From Octopus sinensis (taxonomy: Eukaryota), in NCBI RefSeq assembly GCF_006345805.1, contig NC_043023.1, positions 3,844,001 to 3,908,000 of the forward strand: DNA of 64,000 bases, in the 5' to 3' direction. Positions 13,843 through 27,957 of this stretch are shown here, piece after piece (position 1 is the stretch's first letter; each line of letters begins with the position of its first letter). Below the pieces are notes generated by a model. That model saw only the letters and a program-made list of their open reading frames with translations, was not told the DNA's origin and ran no database searches. Both the position numbers and the translations under genes were made by a program.

Positions 13843-14904
13843 TGATATATAAGGGTGACATTATATATACATGGCTACCCGACATTATATAAGGGGTGGG
13901 GCAATTGGGAAGAAAGATTGTAATGATGGTGTGGTGCTGGAGTAAACTCTCAGGGTAGATAAGCATAAGAGAAGATATAGGGGTGGAGGTAGTTTCATAA
14001 GAATGTGAGGAGGAAGTGGCATGGTTGGAGAGGAGAACTAGCTGGGAAGATGAAGATGAAGAAGAAAATGGTTGTGATGGGGTGTCAGAACAAACTCTAA
14101 AGGTGAGACATAATGGAAGATACGGGTGGGGAGGGGAAGAGATGGGGGATAGTAACAGATGGTTAAATAGGTGGTGGGCAGGGGTGGATGCTTTGTGTGA
14201 TGTGCCAGGGTGGAGGTGCAGTTGGTAGGAAATTTTTGAGGAGATACATGGCTACCTGACATTATGTAAGGGGTGGGGCAATTGGGAAGAAAGATTGTAA
14301 TGATGGTGGGGTGCTGGAGTAAACTCTCAGGGTAGATATGCATAAGAGAAGATATAGGGGTGGAGGTAGTTTCACAAGGATGTGAGGAGGGAGTGGCATG
14401 GTTGGAGAGGAGCAGGTGGATGAGGGAAATATCAATGTGGTGAAAGGGTTAGGTAAGAGGGAAATAGCAGTGGCCCAGGGAGGGGGAATAAATCATAAAG
14501 TAGAGAGAGGAGGAGGATGTGTAAGGGGTAGGAGCGATGGGGAGGGAGGTGTGTGGTAGATAAGAGTGTGCGTAGTGGTTGGACATGAGGGTGGATATGT
14601 GAGGGTACTGAGAACGACAGCAGGTGTGTGAGGTGATAAGATGGAGTATAGTAGACGGGAGAGAGAGTATTTATTATGGAAAGCACTTTAAAGCCGCGAG
14701 ATGGCAGAATCGTTAGCATGCCAGGCAAAATGCTTAACAGCACGTTCTGGGTTCAAATCCTGTTGAGGTCACCTTTGCTTTTCATCCTTTCAGAGTCGAT
14801 AAAATAAGTACCAGCTGATAATTGGGGGTCGATGTAATGAACTTTGCACTTGGGCCAAAATTTGAAATCATTATTATTACTATTATTATTATTTAAGTCA
14901 GGTA

Positions 14905-15690
14905 AAGTGGCGAGCTGGCAGAAACGTTAGCACACCGGGCGAAATGCTTAGCGGTATTTCGTCTGCCACTACATTCTGAGTTCAAAATCCGCCGAGGTCG
15001 ACTTTACCTTTCATCCTTTCGGGGTCGATAAATCGAGTACCAGTTATTCACTGGGGTCGATGTAATCGACTTAATCCGTTCATCTGTCCTTGTTTAGCCC
15101 CTTGTGGGTAGTAAAGAAATAGGTATTTCGTCTGCCATTACATTCTGGGTTCAAATTCCGCCTAGGTCGACTTTGCCTTTCATCCTTTCAGGGTCAATTA
15201 AATAAGTACCAGTTATGTACTGGGGTCGATGTAATCAACTTAATCCATTCGTTTGTCCTCTCTGTGTTTAGCCCCTTGTGGGTAGTAAAGAAATAGGTAT
15301 TTCGTTCGCCACTACGTTCTGAGTTCAAATTCCGCCGAGGTCGACTTTGCCTTTCATCCTTTCGGGGTCGATTAAATAAGTACCAGTTATGCACTGAGGT
15401 TGATGTAATTGATTTACCCTCTCCCATCAAATTTCAGGCCTTGCGACTTCAGTAGAAAAGATTATATTAAAGTATTATCTAAGGCGGCGAACTGGCAGAA
15501 TCGTTAGCAAGAAATGCTTAACGATATTTCACCATGTTGTGAGTTCAAATTCCATTGAGGTCAACTTTGCCTTTCAGGTTTCATAAATTAAGTACCTGTT
15601 GAGTACTGGGGTTGATGTAATCAACTTGTCCACCTTCCCTCAAAATTTCAGGCCTTGTGCCTAAAGTAGAAAAGATTATTAAAGTCAGGC
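14905..15690 (+). repeat. Same SINE family as 33690-34620, tandemly repeated internal segment
   Basis: Repeated gagttcaaattccgccgaggtcgactttgcctttcatcctttcggggtcgat. Confidence 0.8.
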
Positions 15691-15963
15691 CACAGTCAAA
15701 TGACTGTAATGGGGACATACACACACCAGCATCGGTTGTCAAGTGATGTTGGGGGGACAAGCACAGACATATACACACACATTCATATATACACACATAT
15801 ATACGATGAGCTTCTTTCAGTTTCCGTCTACCAAATCCACTCAAGGCTTTGGTCGGCCCGAGGCTATAGTAGAAGACACTTGCCCACAGTGCCACGCTGT
15901 GGGACTGAACCCGGAATCATGTGGTTGGTAAGCAAGCTACTTACCACACAGCCACTCCTGTGC

Positions 15964-15997
<34 letters not shown>

Positions 15998-17022
15998 GTA
16001 AAAACGGTAAGATAACAAAAGAAAGAAAGAGACCTCAATATTATGTAAATAGAGGAAATTTATCTATAAAATAATATGTTACATTACTCAATAGTCAAGA
16101 TAAAACCCTGAGTTTCAGATGCCGAGGTGGAAATCCACAACACCATCTCTTCGGTTATCTGGCCATCTGAAAAACGCTATGAAAAAATCTCATATATATA
16201 CGACGCACACACAAATATATACACATATATGTATATGACAGGCTTCTTTCAGTTTCTAACTACCAAATCCACTCACAAGGCTTTGGTCGGTCTGAGGTTA
16301 TAGTAGAAGACACTTGACCAAGGTGCCACGCAGTGGGACTGAACCTGGAACCATGTGGTTGGTAAGCAAGCTACTTACCACACAGCCACTCCTACACTTG
16401 TAAAAAATAGCAGAAACTATAGTTAATAGGCAGAACAAAAAGAACCAAATGTAAAAATAGATTAACTGAAGCCAGATTGAATAAATAAAAGAACTTGAAG
16501 TATTTAGGACAAATAATAAATCCAGAAAAACAAATAAATGGAAAAATGATCTTTACTTAACAAGATCATAACACTGTTATTAAAACAAAGATTTGAAACT
16601 GTTATGTTATGCACATATACATGTAGTTAAGTAAGATTTTGGTAAAAAAAACCTTGTAGAATGCTATGCAAAGCTCATCCGCAGGTATTGGTTACCTGGT
16701 GTCACCATACAATGGAAAGGCTCTTGCTTCTGGATATGGATCAGGAATTTCATAGTATCTGTAGAGTTTATATATACTTTTTTACTTGTTTCAGTCATTT
16801 GACTGTGGCCATACTGGAGCACCGCCTTTAGTCGAGCAAATCGACCCCGGGATTTATTCTTTGTAAGCCTAGTGCTTATTCTATCATTCTCTTTTGCCGA
16901 ACTGCAAAGTTACAGGGATGTAAACACACCAGCATCGGTTGTCAAGCAATGTTGGGGGGACAAACAGAGACACACAAACATATACTACACACATACACAT
17001 ACATACATATGTATATATATAT

Positions 17023-17167
<145 letters not shown>

Positions 17168-18862
17168 CACATATGTGTATGTATATATATATATATATGA
17201 CTGGCTTCTTTGAGTTTCCGTCTACCAAATCCACTCACAAGGCTTTGGTCGGCCCGAGGCTATAGTTGAGGACACTTGCCCAAGGTGCCATGCAGTGGGA
17301 CTGAACCCGGAACCATGTGGTTGGTAAACAAGCTACTTACCATACAGCCACTCCTACACCTATATATCATCATCATCATCATCATCATCATCATTTAGCG
17401 TCCGTTTTCCATGCTAGCATGGGTTGGACGGTTCAACTGGGGTCTGGGGAGCCGAAGGCTGCACCAGGCCAGTCAGATCTGGCAGTGTTTCTACAGCTGG
17501 ATGCCCTTCCTAACGCCAACCACTCCGAGAGTGTAGGGGTGATTTTATGTGCCACCGACACAGGTGCCAGACGAGGCTGGCGGACGGCCACGCTCGGATG
17601 GTGTTTTTATGTGCCACCGACACAGGTGCCAGACGAGGCTGGCAGACGGCCACGCTCGGATGGTGTTTTTATGTGCCACCGACACAGGTGCCAGATGAGG
17701 CTGGCAGGTGCCAGACGAGGCTGGCAGACGGCCACGCTCGGATGGTGTTTTTATGTGCCACCGACACAGGTGCCAGATGAGGCTGGCGGACGGCCACGAT
17801 CGGATGGTGTTTGTTACGTCCCCAAAGCACGGAGGCCAGTCTATGCGGTACTGGCTACGGCCACGTTCGGATGATTTTCTTGTGTGCCACATATATATAT
17901 ATATATATACTCTTTTACTCTATTACTTGTTTCAGTCATTTGACTGCGGCCATGCTGGAGCACCACCTTTAATCGAGCAACTCGACCCCGGGACTTATTC
18001 TTTTGTAAGCCCAGTACTTATTCTATCGGTCACTTTTGCCGAACCGCTAAGTGACGGGGACGTAAACACACCAGCATCGGTTGTCAAGCCCGTTGAAAGA
18101 AACCTGTTGTTTATATATATATATGTTTGTGTGTGTGTCTGTGTTTCCCCCCCAACATCGCTTGACAACCGATGCTGGTGTGTTTACATACCCGTAACTT
18201 AGCGGTTCGGCAAAACAGACCAATAGAATAAGTACTAGGCTTACAAAGAATAAGTCCAGAGGTCGATTTGCTCGACTAAAGGCGGTGCTCCAGCATGGCC
18301 ACAGTCAAACGATTGAAACAAGTAAAAGAGTAAGGAGTTATGGCATTCTTCATGAAAAGCTCTACAATTGTTTCGACGCATTCCCGTAACATCTCACTGA
18401 TGTATGAATAGCTTAAGAATTAATTAAAATAATTGTGGTGATTTTAAATAGAGAATGGTATTAATTCCGTTTTAGCTTTGTGCAAATTAATGTTTTGAAG
18501 GTTCGTTAAATAGATCTATCGTAATTTGTGTAACTCCTTCCATATAACACCATCACTACTACAACTACCACCAACACCACTAGTACTACTACTACTATCA
18601 GCACCAGCAGCACTACTACTACCACCACCACCAGCACTATTACTACTACTACTTCTACTACTACTACTACTACCACTACTATTACCACCACTACCTCAAC
18701 AACTAGGAGTGGCTGTGTGGTAAGTAGCTTGCTTACCAACCACATGGTTCTGGGTTCAGTCCCACTGTGTGGCACCTTGGGCGAGTGTCTTCTAATATAG
18801 CCTCTGGCTGACCAAAGCCTTGTGAGTGGATTTGGTAGATGGAAACTGAAAGAAGCCCGTCG

Positions 18863-18893
<31 letters not shown>

Positions 18894-19635
18894 TTTTTTT
18901 TTTATATACATATATATGTATGTGTCTGTATATGTTTGTGTTTGTCTCCCAACATCACTTGACAACCGATGCTGGTGTGTTTATGTCCCCGTAACTTAGC
19001 GGTTCAGCAAAAGAGACCAATAGAATAAGTACTAGGCTTACAAAGAATAAGTCCTGGGGTCGATTTGCTCGACTAAAGGCGGTGCTCCAGCATGGCCACA
19101 GTCACATGAAAGAAACAAGTAAAAGAGTAACTACAACAGCTACTACTACCACCTTCATCACACCACTACTGCTATTACCGCAACCACCAACACTACTACT
19201 ACAACTACTACCACCACTACCTCAACAACTACTGTACCACCACCACTGCTATGGCTACTACCACCACTATTGATGTTGTTATTATTAGCCCCATCAACCA
19301 CCACCACCACCACCACTACTACTACTACTACTACTGTTATCAGTCCCACCAGTGTCTGAGTCCCCCATCCCTGCTCCCTCACTTTTATATCAGGAGGAGA
19401 TAAAAGTCTGTTGTAAGCATTTTTACACTATATTGGTACTAATAGTGCTTCAGCTTGTTTTTGAGTTGTGACCTTGTGGTACCCCCTCCACACACACACA
19501 CCTCACTCAAAAACATGCCACCTCCTTCAACAATAGGCTGCAACAACAACACTTGGCCTTTGTATCTCCTCCTGGAATTGTGACCTTGGAGATAAACCAC
19601 TGCTCTTCCAACTCATCCCCTTCATCAAACACAAT

Positions 19636-20535
19636 TTAACCCGTTTTGTTACCATATTTCTGTTGAGATGCTCTGTGTTTCTTTCAATTAATCTTAAATA
19701 TCACAAAGAATTTAGTAAAATAACTTAGTTATCATTAAGCTAGTGTTAGGAACATAAGTTGTGACTAAGGTTTGGTGGAAGATTTTAATTCAAAACTTAT
19801 GAAAACAAGACATTTGTACTCAGAGCCAGAGTCGGTTTCGGCCAGGTTGGTATTAAAAGGGTTAAACATAATAAAGGATTTAGTAAAATAACTTGGTTAT
19901 CATTCAGCTAGTGTTAGGAACATAAATTGTGACTAAGGTTTGGTGGAAGATTTTAATTCAAAACTTATGAAAACAAGACATTTGTACTACAGAGCCAGAG
20001 TCGGTTTCAGCCAGGTTGGTATCAAAAGGGTTAAACATAATAAAGGATTTAGTAAAATAACTTAGTTATCATTCAGCTAGTGTTAGGAACATAAATTGTG
20101 ACTAAGGTTTGGTGGAAGATTTTAATTCAGAACTTTTGAAAACAAGACATTTGTACTACAGAGCCAGAACCGGTTTCAGCCAGGTTGGTATCAAAAGGGT
20201 TAAATATAACAAAGAATTTAATAAAATAACTTAGTTATCATTCAGCTAGTGTTAGGAACATAAATTGTGACTAAGGTTTGGTGGAAGATTTTAATTCAGA
20301 ACTTTTGAAAACAAGACATTTGTACTACAGAGCCAGAACCGGTTTCAGCCAGGTTGGTATCAAAAGGGTTAAATATAACAAAGAATTTAATAAAATAACT
20401 TAGTTATCATTCAGCTAGTGTTAGGAACATAAACTGTGACTAACGTTTGGTGGAAGATTTTAATTCAGAACTTAGGAAAACAAGACATTTGTACTCAGAA
20501 CCAGAGGTGGTTTCAGTTGGGTTGGTATCAAAACA
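19636..20535 (+). mobile_element. piggyBac-like MITE whose 169-bp 3' end is tandemly repeated about 5 times
   Basis: TTAA|CCC at 19636-42; GGG|TTAA at 19862, 20031, 20200 and 20369. Confidence 0.7.
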
Positions 20536-21851
20536 TTAACCCTCTACTATTTAGCTTACTCTGTCAAACATAACACTTCTTTATTCACATTGTTTTGAAT
20601 TATCCAAGCATTATCATAGCTTTGAGATTTTCATAAGATAACTGTTCATTTTCATAATGACATTGTAGGGTAGCTTAGTTAGAACCTAAAACAAGCAGAA
20701 TATTTAACCCCTTAGCTTTCAGCTTATTTTGTCAAATGTAATGCTTATTTACTCTTTACGCTTTTCAGTTATATGACTGTGGCCATGCTGGAGCACCACC
20801 TTTACTCGAGCAAATCGACCCCAGGAGTTATTCTTTGTAAGCCTAGTACTTATTCTATCAGTCGCTTTTGCTGAACCGCTAAGTTACGAGGACGTAAACA
20901 CACCAGCATTGATTGTCAAGCAATGTTGGAAGGATAAACATACACACAAACATACATATATATACATATACATATATACGACGGCCTTCTTTCAGTTTCC
21001 ATCTACCAAATCCACTCACAAGGCTTTGGTTGGTCTGAGGCTATAGTAGAAGGTGCCATGAAGTAGGACTGAACCCGGAACCATGTGGTTGAGAAGCAAG
21101 CTACTTACCACTACTTCACAACTCTGAGATTTCAATGCTGTGGTTGTATAATTTTAGAATGACATTGTAGAGTAAGATGCTGGTGTCACGTAACTGGCAC
21201 TTATGCCAGTGGCGCATAAAAAGCACCTTTAGAGTGTTGGGCCTCATGGAGCCATGTGGATGGTGCTGGAGGCACATGAAAAGCACCTTGTCATGGAGGC
21301 AATGACAAATGGTGAAGACCATTTTGGCAATATGTGTAAAGTAATTAAACAGGCATAGGAGCGGCTGTGTGGTAAATAGTTTGCTTGCCAACCACATGGT
21401 TCCGGGTTCAGTGCCATTGCGTGACATCTTGGGCAAGTGTCTTCTACTAAAGCCTCGGGCCGACCAAAGACTTATAGGTGGATTTGGTAGACAGAAACTG
21501 AAAGAAGCCCGTCGTATATCTGTATATATGTTTGTGTGTCTGTGTTTGTCCCACCCAACATCGCTTGACAACCAATGCTGGTGTGGAAGTACTAGGCTTA
21601 CAAAAGAATAAGTCCTGGGGTCAATTTGCTTGACTAAAGGTGGTGCTCCAGCATGACCACAGTCAAATGACTGAAACAAGTAAAAGAGTAAGAGTAATAG
21701 CATACTAAATTCTGGTGCCTCAACTTAAGTACCATATTCATCTGTGTATATATATATATATATATAATATTAATTCGAGACAAAACCACTATTTTGCAAA
21801 ACAAACAAGGAAAGACTTAATCAATACATAAAATTTTTAATATAAAGAAAT

Positions 21852-21904
21852 AAACCGCCACTACAATCGTTTCATGTCTTCAATGACATTCGTCAGGTGG
21901 ATTT
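21852..21904 (-). ncRNA. Minimal type I hammerhead ribozyme (mirror arm)
   Basis: Exact reverse complement of 22048-22100. Confidence 0.75.
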
Positions 21905-22047
21905 TCGATCTCCTAATCTGTTTTAATCTATGAAGTGAATTCACTTCATAAATTAAAACAGATTAGGAGATCGAAAATCCACCTGACGAATGTCATTGAA
22001 GACATGAAACGATTCACTTCATAAATTAAAACAGATTAGGAGATCGA

Positions 22048-22100
22048 AAATCCACCTGACGAATGTCATTGAAGACATGAAACGATTGTAGTGGCGGTTT
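22048..22100 (+). ncRNA. Minimal type I hammerhead ribozyme
   Basis: AAAU-CCAC / GUGG-CG-GUUU helix I; CUGACGA; AUGUC/GACAU; GAAAC GAUU GUA. Confidence 0.75.
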
Positions 22101-23120
22101 ATTTCTTTATATTAAAAATTTATATGTATTGATTAAGTCTTTCCTTGTTTGTTTATATAATATTATATAATATTTTACTATAAAATTGGATTTAATCCTA
22201 AATCTGATTTTTTCCCTGTAAATTTGGATTTATTCTCTAATATTTATTATATATATATATATATACATATATATACATGTAAGTATTTGTGTGTCTGTGT
22301 TTGCCCCTGTAACTTAGTGGTTTGGCCAAAGAGATCGATGGAATACGTACCAGGCTTACAAAGAATAAGTCCTGGGGTCGATTTGTTTGACTAAAGGTGG
22401 TGCTCCAGCATGGCCGCAGTCAAAGAAGTGAAAGAAATAAAAGGGTAAAACGAATATGTATATATAGATATATGTATGCATAGGCACTGGCATAGTTGTG
22501 TGGTTAGAAGCTGGTTTCCCAACCACATAGTACCAGGTTCAATCCCACTGCTTGGCACGTTGGGCAAGTGTTTTTTTCTATAGCCCCGGGCCAACCAAAG
22601 CCTTGTGAGTGGATTTGGTAGATAGAAACTGAAAGAAGTCCATCGTATACATTTTTTGATATCCTACTATACATTGGATATACAGATGTCACGAAGTGGG
22701 GATAGACACAACTGTCTTCACACAACATACTTGAAATTGCTCCACTAAACATGATTCTCCACTAAATACAAACTCTTGACAATCTCAATGACTTCCTATG
22801 ATTTGCATGATCTCTTGATGACTCTTACAACTTTTCCTGTCTCAGCCAATACAGTACTTTTTATGAGTTTGGCTAGTCCATTCTTCCAGTCCCACAGGGG
22901 TGTCAATGATTCTCGCCACAACATATATGTGTTGTATGTGTATCTTTGTGGCTGTATTTATCCCCCCCCACCACCATCACTTGACAACTGATGTTGGTGT
23001 GTATACATTCCCATAACCTAGCAGTTCGACAAAAGAGACTGATAGGATGGATACCAGGCTTACATTGAATAAATCCTGAAGTTGATTTCTTCGACTAAAA
23101 AAACCCTGAACAATTCAAAC

Positions 23121-23152
<32 letters not shown>

Positions 23153-23353
23153 ATATATATATATAATATATATATATATACACAAATTGAGATAGGGGTT
23201 GTAAATGCAACCCTCCATGGGATAACATATATCCAATATACCGCCAGTGAGGTACCCAACAAAGTTAATACATAAATGTTAATGATTGCGATGCAATCAA
23301 TTCATTTACTGTATTATATGGGCAAAGGTAAAATGATTTACCACAAATTACTA

Positions 23354-24237
23354 ATACAAGATAAGAAAATGTAGAAATACATCTAAATCAAATATCAATT
23401 ACACGATAATACTCAATCACATACTTTATTAAACCACCACATAAGGGACTGTAGGGTTAAACATAAAAAAGCGGAACAAATCAGTGTACATAAAGGAATG
23501 TACATAAAAAAGTGTACATAAAAGAGTAATGTTGTATAATAAGTAGAATATATAAAAAAGAGAATATAAATATAAGTATAGATTACATCTTACAGCTGTT
23601 TCGGCCATGCAGATAAGTATGTCTCATTTTACCAATATTAGCCTTTTATGGAAGGTCAATATATAGATATAAATGAGACATTTACAAAAACATCATAAGG
23701 CGTCTTCGGAGATTATGTAAAATAACTCAGTCTACATATATACCCACATGGGTGTGGGTGCGTACCCACAATACAACATATATATATATATATACATATG
23801 AGTGCATATACTCACACTCCTATACATATAAAAATATACATTTACATAATGATATAAATAAATAATATAAATTAGTAAACGTATATATGTGTTCCACACT
23901 CAATGTCTCAGTTTTTCGACTTAATATTGTTATAATAAACATACATAAATTAATATCTAGATGTAAATATACATAGTCAATAGTACATTATATTACTTCA
24001 TAATAGTTTCTAAAGTGTCATTAAAGTCAGTATCATTATCGTTGTCAATACTATACAACATTACTCTTTTATGTACACTTTTTTATGTACATTCCTTTAT
24101 GTACACTGATTTGTTCTGCTTTTTTTATGTTTAACCCTACAGTCTCTTAGGTGGTGGTTTAATAAAGTAGGTGATTGAGTATTATCTGGTAATTGATATT
24201 TGATTTAGATGTATTTCTCCATTTTCTTATCTTGTAT
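23354..24237. mobile_element. AT-rich inverted-arm element with a degenerate HHR
   Basis: Arms 23354-23538 and 24052-24237; part of 23180-23350 recurs inverted at 4310-4480. Confidence 0.6.
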
Positions 24238-24258
24238 ATATATATATATACATATATA

Positions 24259-24651
24259 CTAGCAGTATCGCCCGGCGTTGCTTGGGTTTGTTTCGACCCT
24301 TTACAATTGGAATTTTTGAAAAGTAAAAATTGTGCATTATGTAGCTTGTTATTCTCTTTCAGTGAACATTTTTCTGTTTGAAATACACTGAAAAATGGTG
24401 ACACAGCAGTCAAAAATTCGTAAAAATAGGCATTTTCATAGAAAAAAAAAGCACCTTTTTGATGTAAATAATTTTTGGTGTTAACATGATCCGATTTGAA
24501 TTTTTTCTTCTACGGAAGGAAGAGCAAGCCTTCTTCTATCATACTCTCAATTTTGGTCAACTTGTGCCGCAGGGTCTCTGAGGAGATAGTGTTAGTTGAA
24601 GGCTACCAAACCTGCCATACACAGACAACTTCAGCTTTATGTATATATAGA
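24259..24651 (-). mobile_element. Non-autonomous Helitron-like element (same family as 13461-13842)
   Basis: On the - strand: A|TC...CTAG|T; a related subfamily lies at 26791-27098. Confidence 0.7.
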
Positions 24652-25078
24652 TAAGTTAAAAAAAGAGAACAATTCAAACTTTTTGAGAGGTCCAAAAAGA
24701 GAGGAAGAATGATTTCTAGTAAAGATTCATAAAAAACAGCCAGAGCGAGTAATAAGAATATGAAAATAGGAGTTTAAAAATATCGTTATAGGTATAAAAA
24801 TACCTTAAAACAATTATAGAAACATGGAGAAGATGTTGAATCAAAATTAGATTTAATACAAAATACGATTCACTATTGAATCCTATTTTGTATTGAATCT
24901 AATTTTAAGTTTTCTGACGGGGTTGCGGTCGGGAAATTTTCATACAGTTGGAGGCTCCAATCGAAACAGGGGACCAGAAATGATAAGGTTGAGAAACGGT
25001 GTTATAGATTATACCTAAACGAAAACTATCACAGCCACATCATCCAAACAGACCGGGTGAAACCAGGCTTAGCTGCTA

Positions 25079-25110
<32 letters not shown>

Positions 25111-25112
<2 letters not shown>

Positions 25113-25342
25113 TTCTCTTTACTCTTTTTCTCTTTTACTTGTTTCAGTCATTTGACTGCGGCCATGCTGGAGCACCGCCTTTAGCCGAGCAAATCGACCC
25201 TGGGACTTATTCTTTGTAAGCCCAGTACTTATTCTATCGGTCTCTTTTGCCGAACCGCTAAGTAACGGGGATATAAACACACCAGCATCGGTTGTCAAGC
25301 AATGCTAGAGGGACAAACACAGACACACAAACATATACATAC

Positions 25343-25373
<31 letters not shown>

Positions 25374-25537
25374 CGACAGGCTTCTTTCAGTTTCCTTCTA
25401 CCAAATCCACTCACAAGGCATTGGTTTGCTCGAGGCTATAGCAGAAGACACTTGCCCAAGATGCCACGCAGTGGGACTGAACCCAGAACCATGTGGTTGG
25501 TAGGCAAGCTACTTACAACACAGCCACTCCTGCGCCT
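25111..25537 (-). mobile_element. tRNA-derived SINE, dominant family
   Basis: Reverse complement of the 6432-6858 family. Confidence 0.85.
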
Positions 25538-26204
25538 ATATATATATATATATGAAGGGAAAGGTTACGAAAATAAACAAAAGATGAAGGCAGGTGGTGT
25601 ACAAACAAACAAATGTATTAGTATAACGCTCAGGAATAGAAAAAGTCTTTTACGTTTCGAGCCTACGCTCTTCATCGGAAAGGGACACAGAAAAAACAAA
25701 GAGAGAAAAGAAACGTGTGTAGTGGCTAATGATACACATACATACATTCATACATATACACACATGCACATGATAGGCTTATATATATGTGTGTGTATGT
25801 TTCTTTGACAACTAGTGTTGGTGTGTTTACATCCCTGTTACTTAGCAGTTCAGCAAAAGATACCGATAGAATAAATACCAGGCTTAAAAACAAAAAAAAA
25901 AACAAAGTACTGAAGTCAATCCTTTCGTCTGAAAACTTTCCAATGTGTTGCCCCAGCATGGCCACAGTCAAATGACAGAAACATTTAAAAAAAAAAACAA
26001 GTTATGTGCAAGTTGCTGCAGAGTGGGATTGAACTTGAAACCTTTTGGTATCATGGCACACTTCTTTACTACCTACACTATAAATGTTATGCTTAACAGA
26101 GAAAGAAATATGCATATATGTGTGTGTGTGTGTGTGTGTATTAGATGTGATGCTCAGTGGCTGGACAATGGCAATCACTAAATGCTGTGTTTCTTTTATT
26201 TCAG

Positions 26205-26279
26205 TGAAGGTGTGTTACTTGGTTATGGAAATCCTCTGCTGGACATTACCATCCAAGGGGCCTCGGAATTCCTTGATAA
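26205..26279 (+). CDS. ADK: Adenosine kinase coding exon (first recognisable; equivalent to human exon 2)
   Basis: tttcag|T GAA GGT...GAT AA|gtaagt; 75 bp; EGVLLGYGNPLLDITIQGASEFLD(K), containing the ADK GNPLLDI motif. Confidence 0.93.
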
Positions 26280-27335
26280 GTAAGTTTTTTCGTTTGATAG
26301 ATCATGATCTCATCATCATCATCGTTTAACGTCTGCTGTTGCATGCTGGCATGGGTTGGGCGGTTTGACTGAGGACTGGTGAACCAGAAGGCTGCACCAG
26401 GCTTCAGTCTTGATCTGACAAAAATTCTACAGCTGGATGCCCTTCCTAATGCCAACCACTCCGAGAGTGTAGTGGGTGCTTTTATGACACCGGCACGAGG
26501 GCCAGTCAGGCAGTACTGGCAACAACCATGCTCAAAAGGTGTTTTTTTATGTTCTACCTGCATGGGAGCTAGTCCGGCGGCACTGGCAACAACCACGCTA
26601 GAATGTTATTGTTCACTCGACACATGTGCTAATAAGGTGATGCTGGCAATGATCACACTCGAATGGTGCCATTATTAAGCTCAAGGCCCAAAGAAGAGTC
26701 CTCCACAAGGGCTAGTTTTAAGCTAGTACATAAATATATACACATACATATATATGAGTTTTTTCCTAGCATTTCTAGATTTATAGGAAACTAACAGTAT
26801 CGCCCGGCGTTGTTCGGATTTGTAAGGGAAATAACTATATAAGCATTTTTAGAGAGTTACTTCCCTTATATAAACCGAGCAAAAAATGCATTGAAAATGT
26901 GAAAAAATGATGGTAAATTTTTTTATCATTGTAGACTCATCGTAGATGCGTGCTAATACCCAGAAGGGCTCAATATGAATCATGACTATAAGATAACCGG
27001 TTTTGGTTAAACTGCACCGCAAAATGTGGGAGTAGTTAGGAATCTAAATTGGAGGAGACAGACTCTCACACACACAACTTCAGTTTTATATATAAAGATA
27101 TTATGTTGATAAGGAAATGAATTTTTGATTCTAATCCAGAAATGATCATCCATAATTAATCCAAGTAGACTGTGTGATTTCGTTGTCTTCCTTCTTTTTA
27201 CCATATACGGGTTACAAATACTGTTGTTTGCGGAGACTTATTTTTGTAGTAATAGTAATAGTAGCCCATTTGACTGCTATTTCTAATATTTTCGGTATGT
27301 GGTTTAAGCAACTTGTTGCAAATAACCCTTTATTA

Positions 27336-27392
<57 letters not shown>

Positions 27393-27538
27393 AAAGCAAT
27401 AAAGATTCAAGTTAATTTAAATGAATTTACTTGAATATGGTACCTAATTAGATGCACCAAAAGAAAACTATACTGTTTTAACAATACAGTAATGTGGGGT
27501 GATTATAAGCGAGAAAGAAGCAACAAGAATGGATAGGT

Positions 27539-27629
27539 TTTTAGTACAATCGTTTCATACAAGGACAGGCTTTATTAAAAGTTGTAAAAATTACAGCATA
27601 TAAACGTGTCCCGTACTCATCAGCTAAAA
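27539..27629 (-). ncRNA. Type I hammerhead ribozyme (mirror arm)
   Basis: Reverse complement of 27867-27957 with differences only in the helix II loop. Confidence 0.75.
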
Positions 27630-27866
27630 TACATGTGAGTTCTCTAGACATACTAGTGGTTGAGGCTATACTCATGAAGTAATGTAGATAATTAAGTAAC
27701 ATAAACAGATTTCCAAAGTTCATTAAAGCTCTTTAAAGATGATGTACAGTCTTATCACAGAATTTTAAAAAATTGAACTTTGGAAATCTGTTTATGTTAC
27801 TTAATTATCTACATTACTTCATGAGTATAGCCTCAACCACTAGGATGTCTAGAGAACTCACATGTA

Positions 27867-27957
27867 TTTTAGCTGATGAGTACGGGACACGTTTATATGC
27901 TGCAATCTTTGCAACTTTTAATAAAGCCTGTCCTTGTATGAAACGATTGTACTAAAA
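27867..27957 (+). ncRNA. Type I hammerhead ribozyme with long helix II
   Basis: UUUUAG / CUAAAA helix I; CUGAUGA; GUAC-GGGACA / UGUCCU-U-GUAU helix II; GAAAC GAUU GUA. Confidence 0.75.

Larger units (their letters stand above)
21766..22250. mobile_element. Foldback HHR element (Penelope-like derivative), copy 1
   Basis: Long palindrome with an internal direct duplication; (TA)n on both sides. Confidence 0.75.

Noticed and set aside
12221-14745. C-rich and G-rich stretches with ORFs 12255-12569 (+) and 14432-14743 (-) and short local duplications
   Set aside because: Compositionally biased with no RT or endonuclease motif I could recognise; probably decayed repeat, left unclassified.
24905-24985. 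HHR-like CUGACGG-GGUUG...CAAUC-GAAAC-AGGG-GAC
   Set aside because: A9 and the cleavage triplet are mutated and helix I is poor; at most a dead remnant. Similar remnants near 16090-16170, 35085-35120, 46670-46705 and 59715-59780 were also not called.
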